A stretch of 64,000 nucleotides of DNA, taken from Tubulanus polymorphus (taxonomy: Eukaryota > Animalia > Nemertea). The notes under the pieces were generated by a model. It was not told the origin of the DNA. It was given only the letters and a program-made list of their open reading frames with translations, and made no database searches. Location of the stretch: positions 16,127,653 through 16,191,652 of the forward strand of contig NC_134028.1 of NCBI RefSeq assembly GCF_964204645.1, read 5' to 3'. The stretch's first letter is position 1. Every line of letters starts with the position of its first letter. The translations under genes were made by a program, and so were the position numbers. Below are positions 48,100-60,751 of this stretch, one piece after another.

Positions 48100-50690
48100 G
48101 AGAAGAAAAAACAGTATAAAATATGAGAAATTCCTTAACAGTATTTACATTTTGTACATGATAGGAAATTATATACATATCTGGCATAGTTATGTATTGT
48201 TTCTTTATTTACAGCGGGTTTGTTTTGCTAAGCCAAATATATTTGCCAAGGTTATGAGCCATCAGGGGTGAAGACATAATGGTGATAAATTTGTTTTCAG
48301 GGGTTGTAAATTTCTGTTCGGAAAAATAGGTATCAAAAAATTTAATTAGTTCAACTCTGTAGCTATCAAATTTGGTACACTGCATAATAAAATTGAATTC
48401 GTCTTCAATTATATTACATGAGGTGCATAACCTATTTTCCCTTGGGAGGCCAGAATGCCTACCCCTTTCTATTAACAGATGGTGAGCACTCAGTCGCATT
48501 CTTGTGACTTCGGATTTATAGGTTTTGTTGATGCTCATTGATAGATAGTGTTCCATGCTGAATTCATATTTAATTTGGCAGTAGCATTTCAATTTGCTAA
48601 ATTGGAGGATTTTTTGTTTCCAAAATATTTTGTATCTCTCAGTTAGGACGTGTCTTATAGATTTTGAGAGTTCAGCTGGTACTCTGTCAGTATCTAGCTT
48701 GATGTTCCTGTTCGTGGCTGTTAAAAGAGCATCAACAAAACTATTCCATGTACATTTTTTGGACATCATTTCTTTAAAGACTGTATTGATAAGATGACCT
48801 TTTTCGTGCGCAAGCGTGTTCCCAGTATCTAATGACTTGAGTACACTCATTGATGTACATAGGCAATCTCCCTAGTTCCCCTAGGACAGCTAGATTTGTT
48901 GTTTTTCGGTTAACATTCAGAATAAATTTACAGATTTTAATAATCAGTCCAGTTAGATGAGTATCACTGTCAAATGCTTGCTCAATACAATATGGTTTAC
49001 CAGACGACATCTTCTTGCTTAATGTTATATTTGGCAGCCAAATTTCACAGCCGTATAAAATAATGGGCATGACAAGGCTGTCGAAGAGTTTCAGAGAGAT
49101 ATCTGGTGAACAATTTTGTATCCCTATCATTTTCATTATCGATAGCATGGCCCGGTTGGCAGTGCTGTAGAGTATTTCTTTTGCTTTTTTGAATGAACCG
49201 TTGGCTGTAAAAATTAGTCCCAAATATTTGAATTCTCTAACAATTTCGACATTCTTCCCATTTATATCGAATTCAACATTGATTGAAATTTGCCCCTTTT
49301 TGGTAAAGATTATAACTTTACTCTTAACAGTGTTGATACTGAGTTTCTATTTTGAGCAATAGTTAGAAAATTTATCCATACATTTCTGAAGACCTTCTTT
49401 CGAATTTGATACAATGACCAGGTCATCGGCATATAAGAGATAGTTAATAAATGTTTCGCCAAGTAGTACAGGATCACAAAATTCATAAAATATATCGGCG
49501 ACATCATTTATGAAGATATTAAAGAGTAACGGGCTTAAAATATTACCCTGTTGTACACCGTTGTGACACTGGAAAGGCTGTGATGTGGAGTTTTCATTGA
49601 TCTTTAGGCTCCACGAAATATTTTGATACATACTTTCGATAAGTCTGGTGAACCTCTTTCCAAGAGCTAAATTGCTAATTTTGTGGATCAGTCCCTAGGC
49701 ACTAAGTTTCTTGTGAATAAGTCTTTGGAGTGTGAAAAGGTGGTCTGTTGTTCGGCATTTAGGCATAAATCCAATTTGGTTTTTGGTGATAACATTTTTG
49801 GTCTCCAAGTATGACATAAGCCGATTGTTCAATACTGAAGAGAATAATTTGCCGAGACAGCTGTTTAGGGTTATGCCCCTATAGTTATCTGGGTTGCATT
49901 TGTCTCCATTTTTATGGATTGGTACTATCAACCCTTCAGCCCATTGATGCGGGAAGTGCCCGCTTGAATACACACAGTTGAATAGTTTGGCCAGTGGGTG
50001 AATCAGGATATCAATGCCATATTTCAAAATCTCATTTGTTATACCGTCGAGACCAGGCGATTTGTTGTTCTTCAGTTTCTGAACAGCAATTCGAGTTTCT
50101 TTGTCGGTGATCAAGAAGTCTAATTCAGTGAATATATCATCATTTGACAAATTTTTAAGGGGATGTTTTTGCCTTTCATCATTTACATTATCTTGAAAAA
50201 TTGATTTGAAATGATGAATGAATGGTTCCGGGTCATCAATAGAGTTACGTGAGGATCTGTTACTGTTTGATAATTTTTTAACTATTTTCCAAAACTGCTT
50301 AGGATTCCTTTTCGCGTTTCTAAGTTCGTCAAATTGCCCCTGCCTAAACTCAGCACGTTTAGACCTTAGAAGTTTGCGGTGGAGTGTTTTGCGCATAAAA
50401 TATTTTTGCCTATTACATTGACTGGGGTATTTATGCAGGATCTTGCCGAAATGTCGAACTTCAGTTCTTGACCTTTCACATTCTCTATCAAACCACTGTT
50501 TGTTATCAGTTTTTATGGGGGGGGGGGGAGGAGGGGTTAGGATGTCGTTGGGGTTCAGCTACTTTTTCATTTAGGATTAGCATAAAATCGTTGACCACAG
50601 TATCTACAGTGTCATAGCTTGGGTTCAGAGATTGCCATACTGCATCTTCGCAGTAGTTTTGGAGTTTTGAGATGATGTCGTCGTTTGTCA
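48100..50690 (-). mobile_element. LINE ORF2 remnant (RT + C-terminal zinc motif), decayed
   Basis: KSPGLDGI, NYRGITL, QIGFMP, QGNILSPLLF, LLYADD, RLCTSCNIIEDE. Confidence 0.9.
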
Positions 50691-51152
50691 GAATTTCTAT
50701 GATGACATATGTATGGCGGACAATTCGACATTGTCTGCGCTGTCATCTACTGACTGTAGTGATTTTAAGGCCGCCCAGAATGCAATTAAATGGTATAGCA
50801 TTAGGTGTTGCAATAATTTATTACCTGCAATATGTGGTCGTACATACTAGCGCCGTGCTTATCTCTAACAAAATGTTTTGAGGACTGAATGTGTCTTAAC
50901 ATGTAGGCCTAATTGTCTCTGGTATTTTTCAGTTCAGTTCATAAGCTGTTGCGGAATAACCCTTTCGGGTCTTAAGCAAATTTATATTTCACAAAAAAAT
51001 AACTCGAGAGTGCGCATAAAGTTAAAAAATCTACAAAGTCCAAGTACATATCGGAGCCGCTTGATTAATGATAATACGTAGCTAATAGCACGACAAGTTA
51101 AACGACGCAGAATATTCGCAATTAAATAACGGGCTCGACGAACAATACAAAG

Positions 51153-51660
51153 TTAAAACGCGTAGACATCCTCACCGACGGTAACCCAGTGTCGGTCTAA
51201 TCTATTTTTAAAACCGTTTAAGGATGGAGCACATACGACATCTGACGGAAGATTGTTCCAACAGCTTACTATTCTGCGTGTATAGAACGATTGTCCCACA
51301 TTAGATAAAGATCGAATCACGTTCAGTTTATACTGATGACCACAGGTTCTCCGGGATTCTGATTTGATAAACGGCGGGTTCTCAATATTATACAATCCAT
51401 GCATATACTTGTAGACCTCAATTAATTCACTTGGAAGTTTCAGAATCTGGAGTCTTTCTCTGTATGGCAGAAAAGAAATGTTATTTAACAGTTTAGTAGC
51501 CCTGCGCTGGACAGATTCTAATTTCAACACATCTCTTTGTAGGGTTGGGTTCCAACAGCAGGCAGCATATTCGAGGATAGGTCTTACAAGGCCTTTGTAT
51601 AGTTTTAAGAACATTTTTAAGTAATTATCAAGAAACGAGAAACTACTAATATATGCCAAT
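51153..51660 (-). mobile_element. CR1/L2-type LINE 3' fragment
   Basis: YKGLVRPILEYA, LESVQRRATK, RIVSCWNNLP. Confidence 0.85.
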
Positions 51661-52018
51661 ATAGTTTTTCTTTTCTGTTGTCTCTTGTTTTTTCTTTCTC
51701 TAATTTTACAAAGGCTTGTATGGAATTTTGAGATTTGTAAGTCACCTTCCTTCCCTCCAGGGAAAGCCCTTTAAAAATCGGACCTAAAAATCAATCCAGA
51801 GTACACTGAGGTAAGTGGGACTCGAATCCAATGCGATCTTCCATTTGTATATTATATGGATCAATAAAATTAAAGTTCAAGTTCATTTGTTGATGGTATA
51901 AAATCCGAACTATACACACGAAACGAAAAATAGGAACCTGGTTTTGAGTCATCTGAAATTGCAAATACCGAACCTTTTTGCGACAGCGCCACGGCGCTGG
52001 AGCATATTAAGTTGATCA

Positions 52019-52508
52019 GAGCTCAGACCACTATTCCAAAATCTTCTATATCCTACAGTAAAAACAAGAAATTCGAGAGTTTAGTTCATATATAAGCGCG
52101 TAAATTCAGGGGAAATACTGCTTATGGCTCATAGGCCAGCATCTTAGCTACGCATTGAAGTGGTTTTCGCCCCACATACCCAACCTAACTTTTGAAATAA
52201 TCAAACCTTTAGAAAGGAGGGGTATCCCAGTACAGGTATGCCAGTACATCCGAGCCAAATATCTAAGGGAATCCCCCACCGTGTTTGGTACCCTTACTCC
52301 AAGCAAAAAAAGTCCAGGGAATCCCTTATTTCATCATCAAGCTGTCTCTCAGGATCAATGGATTTCATACATATAACCGAAATTCGTTACCTATCCCATT
52401 TGCAGAAATTATGGCAACATTTATAGGGGACCTCTTCTTCACTCTAGGTACTATTTTTGGGGTCCGGCCCTACGCATCTTCGAGCTACTAACCTAATTGT
52501 GGTCTGAT
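52019..52508 (+). repeat. Older, diverged solo long terminal direct repeat of the KolobokP family (last bases displaced to 62548-62550)
   Basis: Colinear but diverged copy of 52509-53002; ATCA duplication at 52015-52018 and 62551-62554. Confidence 0.8.
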
Positions 52509-53831
52509 GAGCTCAGACCACTATTCCAAAGTCTTCTATATCCTATAGTAAAAACATCAAATTCAAGGGTCAATTTCACATATAACCGCGAAAATTCAGG
52601 GGAAATCCAGCTTATGGCTCATAAACGAGAATCTTAGCTACGCATTAACGTGGTTTTCGCCCCACATACCCAACCTAACTTTTGAAATAATCAAACTTTT
52701 ATAGATTAGGGGTCCCCCAACACCAGGTACACCCGTACATTGGAGCCGAATTTCGCAGGGAGTCCCCCAATGTGTTTAGTACTATCACTCCATTGAAAAT
52801 AGTTCCAAGAAATCCCTGATTTTATTATCAATTTGTCTCACAGTACCTACAGATTTTATACCTATAACATTTTACCGTCACGTCTTCTATTTGTGTAACC
52901 ATGGCAACTTAAATGGGAACCCTGCAGTTGATTTTAGGCACTATTTTTGGGGTCCTGCACTACGCGTCTTGAGGCATACTGACCTAATTGTGGTCTCATG
53001 CCTGACTAGTAACCGAAGTTCAGAGTACCATTATTTTTCAAATGGTTTTAGAAAGCATAGAGACACCCTAGTTACACAATGCAATATCAAAGCTCTCCAA
53101 CAATTACACACGTAACAATACCCGTCAGCAAAAATTGCGCGTTTGCACTGAAATGCAATGATATCCCAGTTTCAAATCGGCGTCATCAAAGTGAAACATA
53201 GATTTCAAAATACAATTACAACAACTACAATATTTCCTGGCTACTGCATTGCATTTACATTCGATCGATACAGCTATATGGTCATGGATAATCATTATTT
53301 AAGAAATATTACTCCATTTTCTTGCAAAAATTACCATTTTTATCCCTAAACTGGCTCAAGCCTTTAGATTTGGCGATTTTGCTAGCTGAGGGCAAAGTTC
53401 AAGGGCACTAAACTATTTACACAAGCCTTCGAGCGGGACGAATTTCATACACCAAACACGGTAGTCATCAGTTCTAGTTGGCACAACAATATAAATTCCC
53501 CTTGGATACCACATCATTGGTTGCCATGGTTTCAATGAAAATATGTCTCTTCCCTACCCCTTAAATTCTGACAAAATTTGAGACTAAGATATATTTCAAA
53601 ATATCACTCAAAATAAATTATTACAACTCCAAAAGCTAAATGAATGTGATTTTTCTAAATTGAGCATGGAAGCTTTTTATGACATCACATTTTAGTTGTC
53701 ATGGTCGCGTAACCATGGATACCTTGGCAGTTTGAATTTCAAAAGCTCCCACAGGCTAGGCAAAATATTGCAAAATTCAGCTTTTCATTCACTAAGCAGA
53801 AATCACATACTTTTACATTTTATATACGCTT

Positions 53832-56018
53832 ATGGAGAAAAATATGGACAACATCAACAACAACCAGAGGAGATCAACTACAGCAGCGAGAAGGAGTAGG
53901 AGAGGGCATAAGTTCAAAAAAGGTCACAGGTGTTACTACTACAGGAAACCAAGCACCACCAGGAGCAGCCCGAATCATCACGTCGCCGATGAGGAGCAGC
54001 AAATCGATTCAGCATCAATACCAATCTGGCAGCCGAGGCTGGATAGTGACACTCATAGTATCGTTACTCGGCGGACATTTGACGGTACATATTATATACC
54101 CGACAGTAGTGGTTGCGCGGGTAACGCAAAAATATTGCGTCCAAAACCACAGGAAAAAGACATAATTTGCGATGCGCCGCCTGCAGAGCTCTCGTTAACG
54201 GACATAAAATGTGTAAACTTGAGAAAGACATTTGAAATGTTCAATGCGTCTCTGACGGAACACAATGCGAATTCGAGTTTCTGCGGGCAACCGAATTTTC
54301 AACCCGATCGCGTGATTAAGTGGGGATTGTGCTGGAAAGTGTCGGTACAATGTGTTGCGTGCAATTGGAGAGGAAATCTGCACAAATTGTATGATGAAGT
54401 TGAACAGACACCGGGGAAACCAGGTCCCAGGGCTGCAGCACCGAATGTTGGCTTCCAGGTCGGACTGCAGGACTGTCCGATAGGCAACAGTCGGGCACGG
54501 TATCTATTGGCAACGACGAACGTTCATCCGCCGGCGAGAAGCGGTATGCAGAAAACCGCCAACAAAGTAGGCAACGCCATCACAGAGCTGAACGAGAGTG
54601 ACATGAGCGATCGCCGAGATGAATGTAAGCGAGTGAACGTACTGAGGGGACTCGCCGCAGACGCACCAATAAACGTACAGGTCGATTGTCGATACAACAG
54701 TATAAGTATCGCCGGGCGACGGAAGATGGGACAGAATGCCTCTCAAGCAATCGGTATCTGTCGCGAGGACCAATCCGACAAGCATGCGATCATCGGAGCC
54801 TACCTACAGACGAAACTCTGTCCAACTGGTCAACGCCTACGTAATAAAGGACAAGAGGTCACGTGTCCAGGAGGACACCCGAACTGTACAAGCAACAGGG
54901 CGCCTCAAGAACCTCTCAGTGAGAGAGCTATCGGCCAGCAAATCGGCAGTGATCTAAGCGAGTCAGGTCTTCACCTAAAATATGCAACCAGTGACGGAGA
55001 CAGTCAGTGCGTAGATGGTTTACGTCAAGGGACTGGTGACCCGGTTGAACGCTTAGCGGATACCGTACACTTAGGACAGAGCCAATTCCGCGCAGGTATG
55101 AAGGCAAACTTCTCTGATGATATGTTTCCACCTGGAGCGGATAAACAACAAGCAAAGAAGATGTTCGCGCTCGATGTTAAAAGTCGATGCCACGGCATAT
55201 ACAATGAGTTGCACCGCCAAAATGCCGGTAACATTGATATCATTAGAAAAAAACTACCACGTATCATTGACGTTATGATTCAGTGCTACAGCGGAGACTG
55301 CCGGAATTGTAGGAAGAATGTGGTTTTGTGTGGAGGTGGAAGGAAGACTTGTTGGTGGTACCGATCGCACTACCTATCAACGTATGGCTTGTCGCGATAT
55401 CGGCTACGCATCACAGACAGTGACAAATTAATACTCAGGAAAGTGATCGAAATAAAATTCGGTACGGATAATGTACTCACCACACGACTTAATACGAATA
55501 CGAATAGACGCGAGTCTGCGAATCGATCTATCAGCGTTTCACTACCCAAGAACGTGAACTACGCTAGGAATTCAGCTGGCCGTCTGGCGTCGACGATACA
55601 CAGATTAAATAACGCCGGCGCGAATTCAGCAGCCAAAAAGCTAGTGTTCGTCGGAGCGTCCGTTCACCCGTCAAGCGGAGCTGGAAAAACTCTGAAACAG
55701 ATAGAGCGCGAGAGTCTGTATCACAGGACAAGACAAAATCAAAATACCCACGACAGGATGGCAATTCGATCGAAACTACGCTCGTGGAGAAATCATTTTC
55801 ACTACAAGCGGAACCGTTCTGAAGACGAATATCGTAAAGGAATGCTGGACCCACAACCAAACACATCCAAGGCATGCCCAGTAGTGACGAAAAAACTAGC
55901 AATACGAAAAAAAAAACGCAGCCCTAAATATTTATCAGATCACACATATTCAAGAAATGATAAATCAGTATCAGATCACACGTATTCGAGATTGGCAGAT
56001 GTTGCTGAATTAGATTAG
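53832..56018 (+). CDS. Kolobok (Mutator-like domain) DDE transposase, intact, 728 aa
   Basis: GHKFKKGH N-terminus; WGLCWK..CVAC; candidate triad VQVDCRYN / TSDGDS / NRRESANR; ADTVHLG. Confidence 0.85.
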   Translation: MEKNMDNINNNQRRSTTAARRSRRGHKFKKGHRCYYYRKPSTTRSSPNHHVADEEQQIDSASIPIWQPRLDSDTHSIVTRRTFDGTYYIPDSSGCAGNAKILRPKPQEKDIICDAPPAELSLTDIKCVNLRKTFEMFNASLTEHNANSSFCGQPNFQPDRVIKWGLCWKVSVQCVACNWRGNLHKLYDEVEQTPGKPGPRAAAPNVGFQVGLQDCPIGNSRARYLLATTNVHPPARSGMQKTANKVGNAITELNESDMSDRRDECKRVNVLRGLAADAPINVQVDCRYNSISIAGRRKMGQNASQAIGICREDQSDKHAIIGAYLQTKLCPTGQRLRNKGQEVTCPGGHPNCTSNRAPQEPLSERAIGQQIGSDLSESGLHLKYATSDGDSQCVDGLRQGTGDPVERLADTVHLGQSQFRAGMKANFSDDMFPPGADKQQAKKMFALDVKSRCHGIYNELHRQNAGNIDIIRKKLPRIIDVMIQCYSGDCRNCRKNVVLCGGGRKTCWWYRSHYLSTYGLSRYRLRITDSDKLILRKVIEIKFGTDNVLTTRLNTNTNRRESANRSISVSLPKNVNYARNSAGRLASTIHRLNNAGANSAAKKLVFVGASVHPSSGAGKTLKQIERESLYHRTRQNQNTHDRMAIRSKLRSWRNHFHYKRNRSEDEYRKGMLDPQPNTSKACPVVTKKLAIRKKKRSPKYLSDHTYSRNDKSVSDHTYSRLADVAELD

Positions 56019-56083
56019 AAGATATTTGATAACGAGACAGGTAGAGACAAAAATAGTTTTATATTCAGTGAATACATACACAC

Positions 56084-56482
56084 CTATAATATGCAATTTT
56101 GGTATGAGCCATGCCCCGCGCAATGTCCCTCACTTTTACAGGCTTTCCGCTGATTGTTAACAGCGGTCGACTCGATACATAAATGTTGAGGATTTACACA
56201 GAGCGGGACATGACACAAATGACTGCACGTTTCACCTTCCATGTCTCTGGGCAAAATGCGACGATTTGCACAGACAGATAGCCTGTGGGCGAACATGTTG
56301 ACACTTAACCCCCCAACCCTCCCCTGATACCACCCATACACCACATTAGATTTACTCTTTTTCTTTAGGCGCCCAGTCCAAGTGCTACAGCCATTTGCAG
56401 CAGCAGCCGTCGTCGTCTTCGAATCAATAACCCTACGCGCATCTGTTACGAATTGATCGATAATGGGCACCGTACGCGCCAT
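56084..56482 (-). CDS. His-Me finger (His-Cys box, I-PpoI-like) endonuclease
   Basis: CSTWTG, AHRL, CSHLCHVPLCVNPQHLCIESTAVNNQRKAC...C..H....C. Confidence 0.9.
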   Translation of the reverse strand: MARTVPIIDQFVTDARRVIDSKTTTAAAANGCSTWTGRLKKKSKSNVVYGWYQGRVGGLSVNMFAHRLSVCANRRILPRDMEGETCSHLCHVPLCVNPQHLCIESTAVNNQRKACKSEGHCAGHGSYQNCIL

Positions 56483-58611
56483 CTATTGGATAAGAAGCTA
56501 AGTAGCAACGGGAAAGGGCGTAATTTCCTCTGGTGAAATTACCCCCTTTCCTCAAGTATGTAAACCACCGATTGGCCATATCCCACAGAGATTTGGCCTA
56601 TCAGTTAATCAGACGGACTGACAAACAGGGGGAGGGAGACGGGTGTTAAAAAAAATTGAGAAAAAAATCGCTAGGGTTAGGGTTAGGGTAAGGAAAATCG
56701 CAGTCAAGCGTGCAATCTAGAGGGTGCTCTGTGCAATAGTCAATATAGGCTTAAAGATACATATAGGCCGGCAGTAGATGCCTAGTCTAATGCCTCCAAA
56801 AATGAAAATTTAACTATATCATACCTGAAAAATTATCCAAATTCAGCCTATACAGTACCAAAACCAATAACAACCTTTAAAAAAATGGATAAGATTAAGA
56901 TTATTTGAAAAATTTCATTGAATTCACAAAAATTGTCATTTCGCCTGTATTGGCTGTCAGAGCTCAGACCACTATTCCAAAGTCTTCTATATCCTATAGT
57001 AAAAACATCAAATTCAAGGGTCAATTTCACATATAACCGCGAAAATTCAGGGGAAATCCAGCTTATGGCTCATAAACGAGAATCTTAGCTACGCATTAAC
57101 GTGGTTTTCGCCCCACATACCCAACCTAACTTTTGAAATAATCAAACTTTTATAGATTAGGGGTCCCCCAACACTGTAGCGTTTGTGCAATCGTATTTAT
57201 TAAAATGTATTAAATCGAATTGAATTGAATAATATGTAGAATGTGTATTGATATGTTGTATAGATGGGGGGTGGGATCACTTACTTAAAATGTGTATTTT
57301 TAACCGGCTAAGTATCCGTAAATTTTAATCATGCTGGTAGTGTCCGTAGCACGCGAGTGGCGGCGCTATCAGCTGGTGTGTCGGTTGTCATGTCAGTTGT
57401 TGGGCTAGCGGGGTGGGGTTACCAGGCTGAGCTGCCCGTTGTCATGCTGAGATGCTGGGGTCAACCGATTATCATTATTTAACGATATTAACTGTTTTAC
57501 CGGTCGTATTGACTCCCATCATTTCAGTTTGGCAGTTGACAGCCAGACTTGGTAAGCATCAGTTGATTCGTCGGTCAGCTCCGGTCTTTGACCGGGCTGA
57601 CCGACATTCACGTAATCGGTTCACTATTGATAATTAATAAGTCAGTCAGGCCGGCCGTCTCCTTTTTATCGTTTTCAACGATGATTGTGATTGACAGCTT
57701 GGATTTGTCTGAACTTCCATTAATTTACTCTTCGAACCGTATTTGCGTGATTTGATTGTCGATTCGAATTATATGATAATACGTTTACGTAATAGGTTTT
57801 TGTTCTTTTACGAGATACTTAGACGGTAGATTCGATAAAGAAAAGAATAAGTTATATAGTAGAATTAACCTAATATTTATTCACTTTGAATTATAATAAG
57901 AAAGTATGACTTTAATAAATTAATAATTAGATTCAGTATTTTATATGCGGCTTCAGACTTATCTATTGAGAATGGTCAGAACCTTAATAAGGACTGAGGA
58001 AAAATTATTTATGATATCAGCTTTTTGACAAGATTGAAATGGTGGAGACGAATAGCAGAGGACTATTTAGTAGGGACTTTGAGCCTACAGCCCATAGGTG
58101 GGAGAATCTATGGTAGGATTTTGGACTGCCATTAGTATGAAGTGAGGGTTACGGGATTATTCTATAGACCGGTCGAATGTAGGGTAGATCCAGGTATAAT
58201 TTGGGGTGGCCAACTCAATTATATGCTGTGGGCCTTACGGGCATGTAAGATATATGTTGCTGAGAATAACCGTATACCGGAAAATAGGCTACTCGTGCTC
58301 GGTATGCACGATCTTAACATAGCAGACTATAATTTTCAAATCGTGGCTGTTTTATAGATTTATCTCTCTCGGTTTTTCATGAGGATCATCTCTTGCGGTG
58401 AAATATTATTACCCTTTTTGGTTTCACTACCAGAAATCATTCGACGTAAGCGAACTCCGTAGCGGGCTTGGAAGACTTTAGATTTTACCTTCAAGACCTC
58501 CTGACATATTAGATGAATGACGATTGGAGCAGCAAATTGATGAGCAGAAGAATGACCGCCATATTAGAAGAGAGAGGGCAGCACCGTGTTGCCCCCGTTT
58601 TCCGCTACAAT

Positions 58612-58629
58612 TGGTGTCAGAAGTGGGAT
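58612..58629 (+). promoter_or_regulatory. Primer-binding site, tRNA-Leu type
   Basis: TGGTGTCAGAAGTGGGAT two bases after the 5' LTR, complementary to the 3' end of a Leu tRNA. Confidence 0.8.
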
Positions 58630-58850
58630 GATTCTTTTTGAGATTCCAGATTGAGAGATAATAATTTTTTTTATATAGCCTCGCAACATAACAGATACAT
58701 ATTTAAGTAGATTCTGACCTGTTCCCTTTTAGATAGAGTCGATAAGTTTTGCATAAAGTAGTATATGTAGTTAAGTTTTAAACAAGGACATACAATTTAG
58801 ACTTCGTATTTTATACAGATTCGAAGTCGTACAAGTCAGCAAAAAAAAAA

Positions 58851-59909
58851 ATGAGTTATCCTGTGACTCGTGCATCGCGCGCTCGAATTATGCGTAGTAA
58901 AAGTTCGGAAGATTTATCAAGTCCAGACGGTCTTGTGAATAACGAGACGTCTATAATAGTTCAAGGTGATGTAGGTCCTGTTAGCAAGTCCGCGTCGTAT
59001 CGGTCTAGTATGACTAGTAATCCGACAGGCCAAACGTTCTCTGGCGAGAGTCAAGATGGAACGTGGTCTCAAAGTAGTGGTTCGGCGGATGTAGGTAGAA
59101 CAAGTTCTTCCAGTTCCCGTAATGTAGAACCAAACGTGATCTGTAAGATAAAACCAGAAAATTATTCAGGTGACGGATCATGGCAAGATTACAGATTAGG
59201 GTTTGAAACAGTAGCAAGAATTAATCACTGGTCAAACGATGTTAAAGCCGACTTCTTATTCGCTTCATTACGAGGCGCGGCTAGGCAACTAGTTTGTACT
59301 AAGCTGGTTAACACGGAAAGATTAGAGTATCAAGAAATTTGTAAGATTTTAGACGCAAGATTTGGTCCAGGGGATTTCGCGGAAGTTCATCTGGCCGAAC
59401 TGCGCAATCGAAAACGCAAGAGACACGAAAGTTTAAAAGAATTGGGACAAGCAGTAACAATTCTGTGTGCTCAAGCATATCCTGAATTCTCTTTGGTGCA
59501 AAGAGACAAGCTAGCCAGAACGCATTTCATCGAAGCATTGTCTGATGGTGAAATGAGAATGAGATTATGGCAATCAGATGTAAAGAGTTTTGATGAATTA
59601 ATCTCATACGCGTTACGTTTAGAAAGTATATATATGATGGAATCATCGAATGATAGATTTCCAAGAGAAACATATGTAAGACAAGCAATAGTTTCAGATG
59701 AGGTTTCTGAGCTTAAGAAAGAAATGGCGAGTTTAAGAGAGGATGTGCGACGTATGTGCAATAGTCGCAGAAATAATTATAAATCTCAGTCAACACCATA
59801 TAGAACAAGTAATAACGTAGTTTGTTATAACTGCCAGCAGAAAGGTCATATAGCAAGACAATGTACACAGCAGCCTTTAAACTCTCCCGCGCCGTTCAAA
59901 AGGGAGTAG
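58851..59909 (+). CDS. gag: Gag (capsid domain + CCHC knuckle), intact
   Basis: KPENYSGDGSWQDY..FE..A..N.W, L.GAA, CYNCQQKGHIARQC. Confidence 0.9.
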   Translation: MSYPVTRASRARIMRSKSSEDLSSPDGLVNNETSIIVQGDVGPVSKSASYRSSMTSNPTGQTFSGESQDGTWSQSSGSADVGRTSSSSSRNVEPNVICKIKPENYSGDGSWQDYRLGFETVARINHWSNDVKADFLFASLRGAARQLVCTKLVNTERLEYQEICKILDARFGPGDFAEVHLAELRNRKRKRHESLKELGQAVTILCAQAYPEFSLVQRDKLARTHFIEALSDGEMRMRLWQSDVKSFDELISYALRLESIYMMESSNDRFPRETYVRQAIVSDEVSELKKEMASLREDVRRMCNSRRNNYKSQSTPYRTSNNVVCYNCQQKGHIARQCTQQPLNSPAPFKRE

Positions 59910-60751
59910 GTTCGGCTAGAGTAAATAAATCAAGTCTCCCAAAGAATTTAGAGATTGAAAATAGACAAAAGAAAGATGATTCTAAAGTATACGTACTGTC
60001 CAAAAATGATAAACCACAATCGGCGATTTATTTGTCGGCAGTAGTACACGGAGTGTCTGTGAAGTATCTGGTAGATACCGGTGCTCATAACACAATCATC
60101 AGTAATCGTTTGTATACTGAAATTATAAAGAATCACAAGATAAAATTAGAACAATCAACTATACGACTCTATGCAGCTGATCATAGTAGTATTAGAGTGA
60201 GAGGTACAGCGGTCATTCCCTTAGGCTTATTTGGTAAAAATATACCTTGGGAAGTGATAGTGGCCGAAATTAAAGAAGATGCAATTCTCGGAATGGATTT
60301 TCTGACAGCATATGATTGTCATATCCATTTAAAACAGCGTACGGTGACTTGTCAAGGTCATCAAATGCATGAGGAGCCAATAGCGCCTATTCACGAGAAC
60401 GCAATATTAATTAGATCAACAGACAGAATTAAGGTCCCGCCTTTATCTGAAATAACGGTGCCGGGCTATATCGACGAGAAAGATAAACAGTACTTAGGCA
60501 AGTGGGCGATGGTGGAATCGAACCACAATTGGAAGTTAGGCCCTGAAATGTGTGTAGCACGTAGTGTAGTGGACACGGAAAAATCACAGATATTAGTTAG
60601 AATCGTAAATTTAGGCGATCAGCCGAGAGTATTGTATAAAAATACCTCTATGGCTAAAATATCAAGGGTAAGAGCTATATGGTCACGAGAAGAGGCAAGT
60701 GGTAAATCAGATCCCACAGACCGGTGGAGTGCGAATTTTGTACTATTTTGA
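59876..60751 (+). CDS. Aspartic protease in the -1 frame; terminates before RT
   Basis: T TTA AAC slippery heptamer (59876-59882) followed by a ctccc/gggag stem; YLVDTGA; ILGMDFL. Confidence 0.85.
   Translation, partial: FKLSRAVQKGVGSARVNKSSLPKNLEIENRQKKDDSKVYVLSKNDKPQSAIYLSAVVHGVSVKYLVDTGAHNTIISNRLYTEIIKNHKIKLEQSTIRLYAADHSSIRVRGTAVIPLGLFGKNIPWEVIVAEIKEDAILGMDFLTAYDCHIHLKQRTVTCQGHQMHEEPIAPIHENAILIRSTDRIKVPPLSEITVPGYIDEKDKQYLGKWAMVESNHNWKLGPEMCVARSVVDTEKSQILVRIVNLGDQPRVLYKNTSMAKISRVRAIWSREEASGKSDPTDRWSANFVLF

Noticed and set aside
56671-56693. Telomere or telomere-healing site (TTAGGG)n
   Set aside because: Only about three units, internal to a transposon.
57452-58357. Small ORFs repeated at 61103-62008
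   Set aside because: They are duplicated only because they lie within the LTRs; there is no coding evidence.
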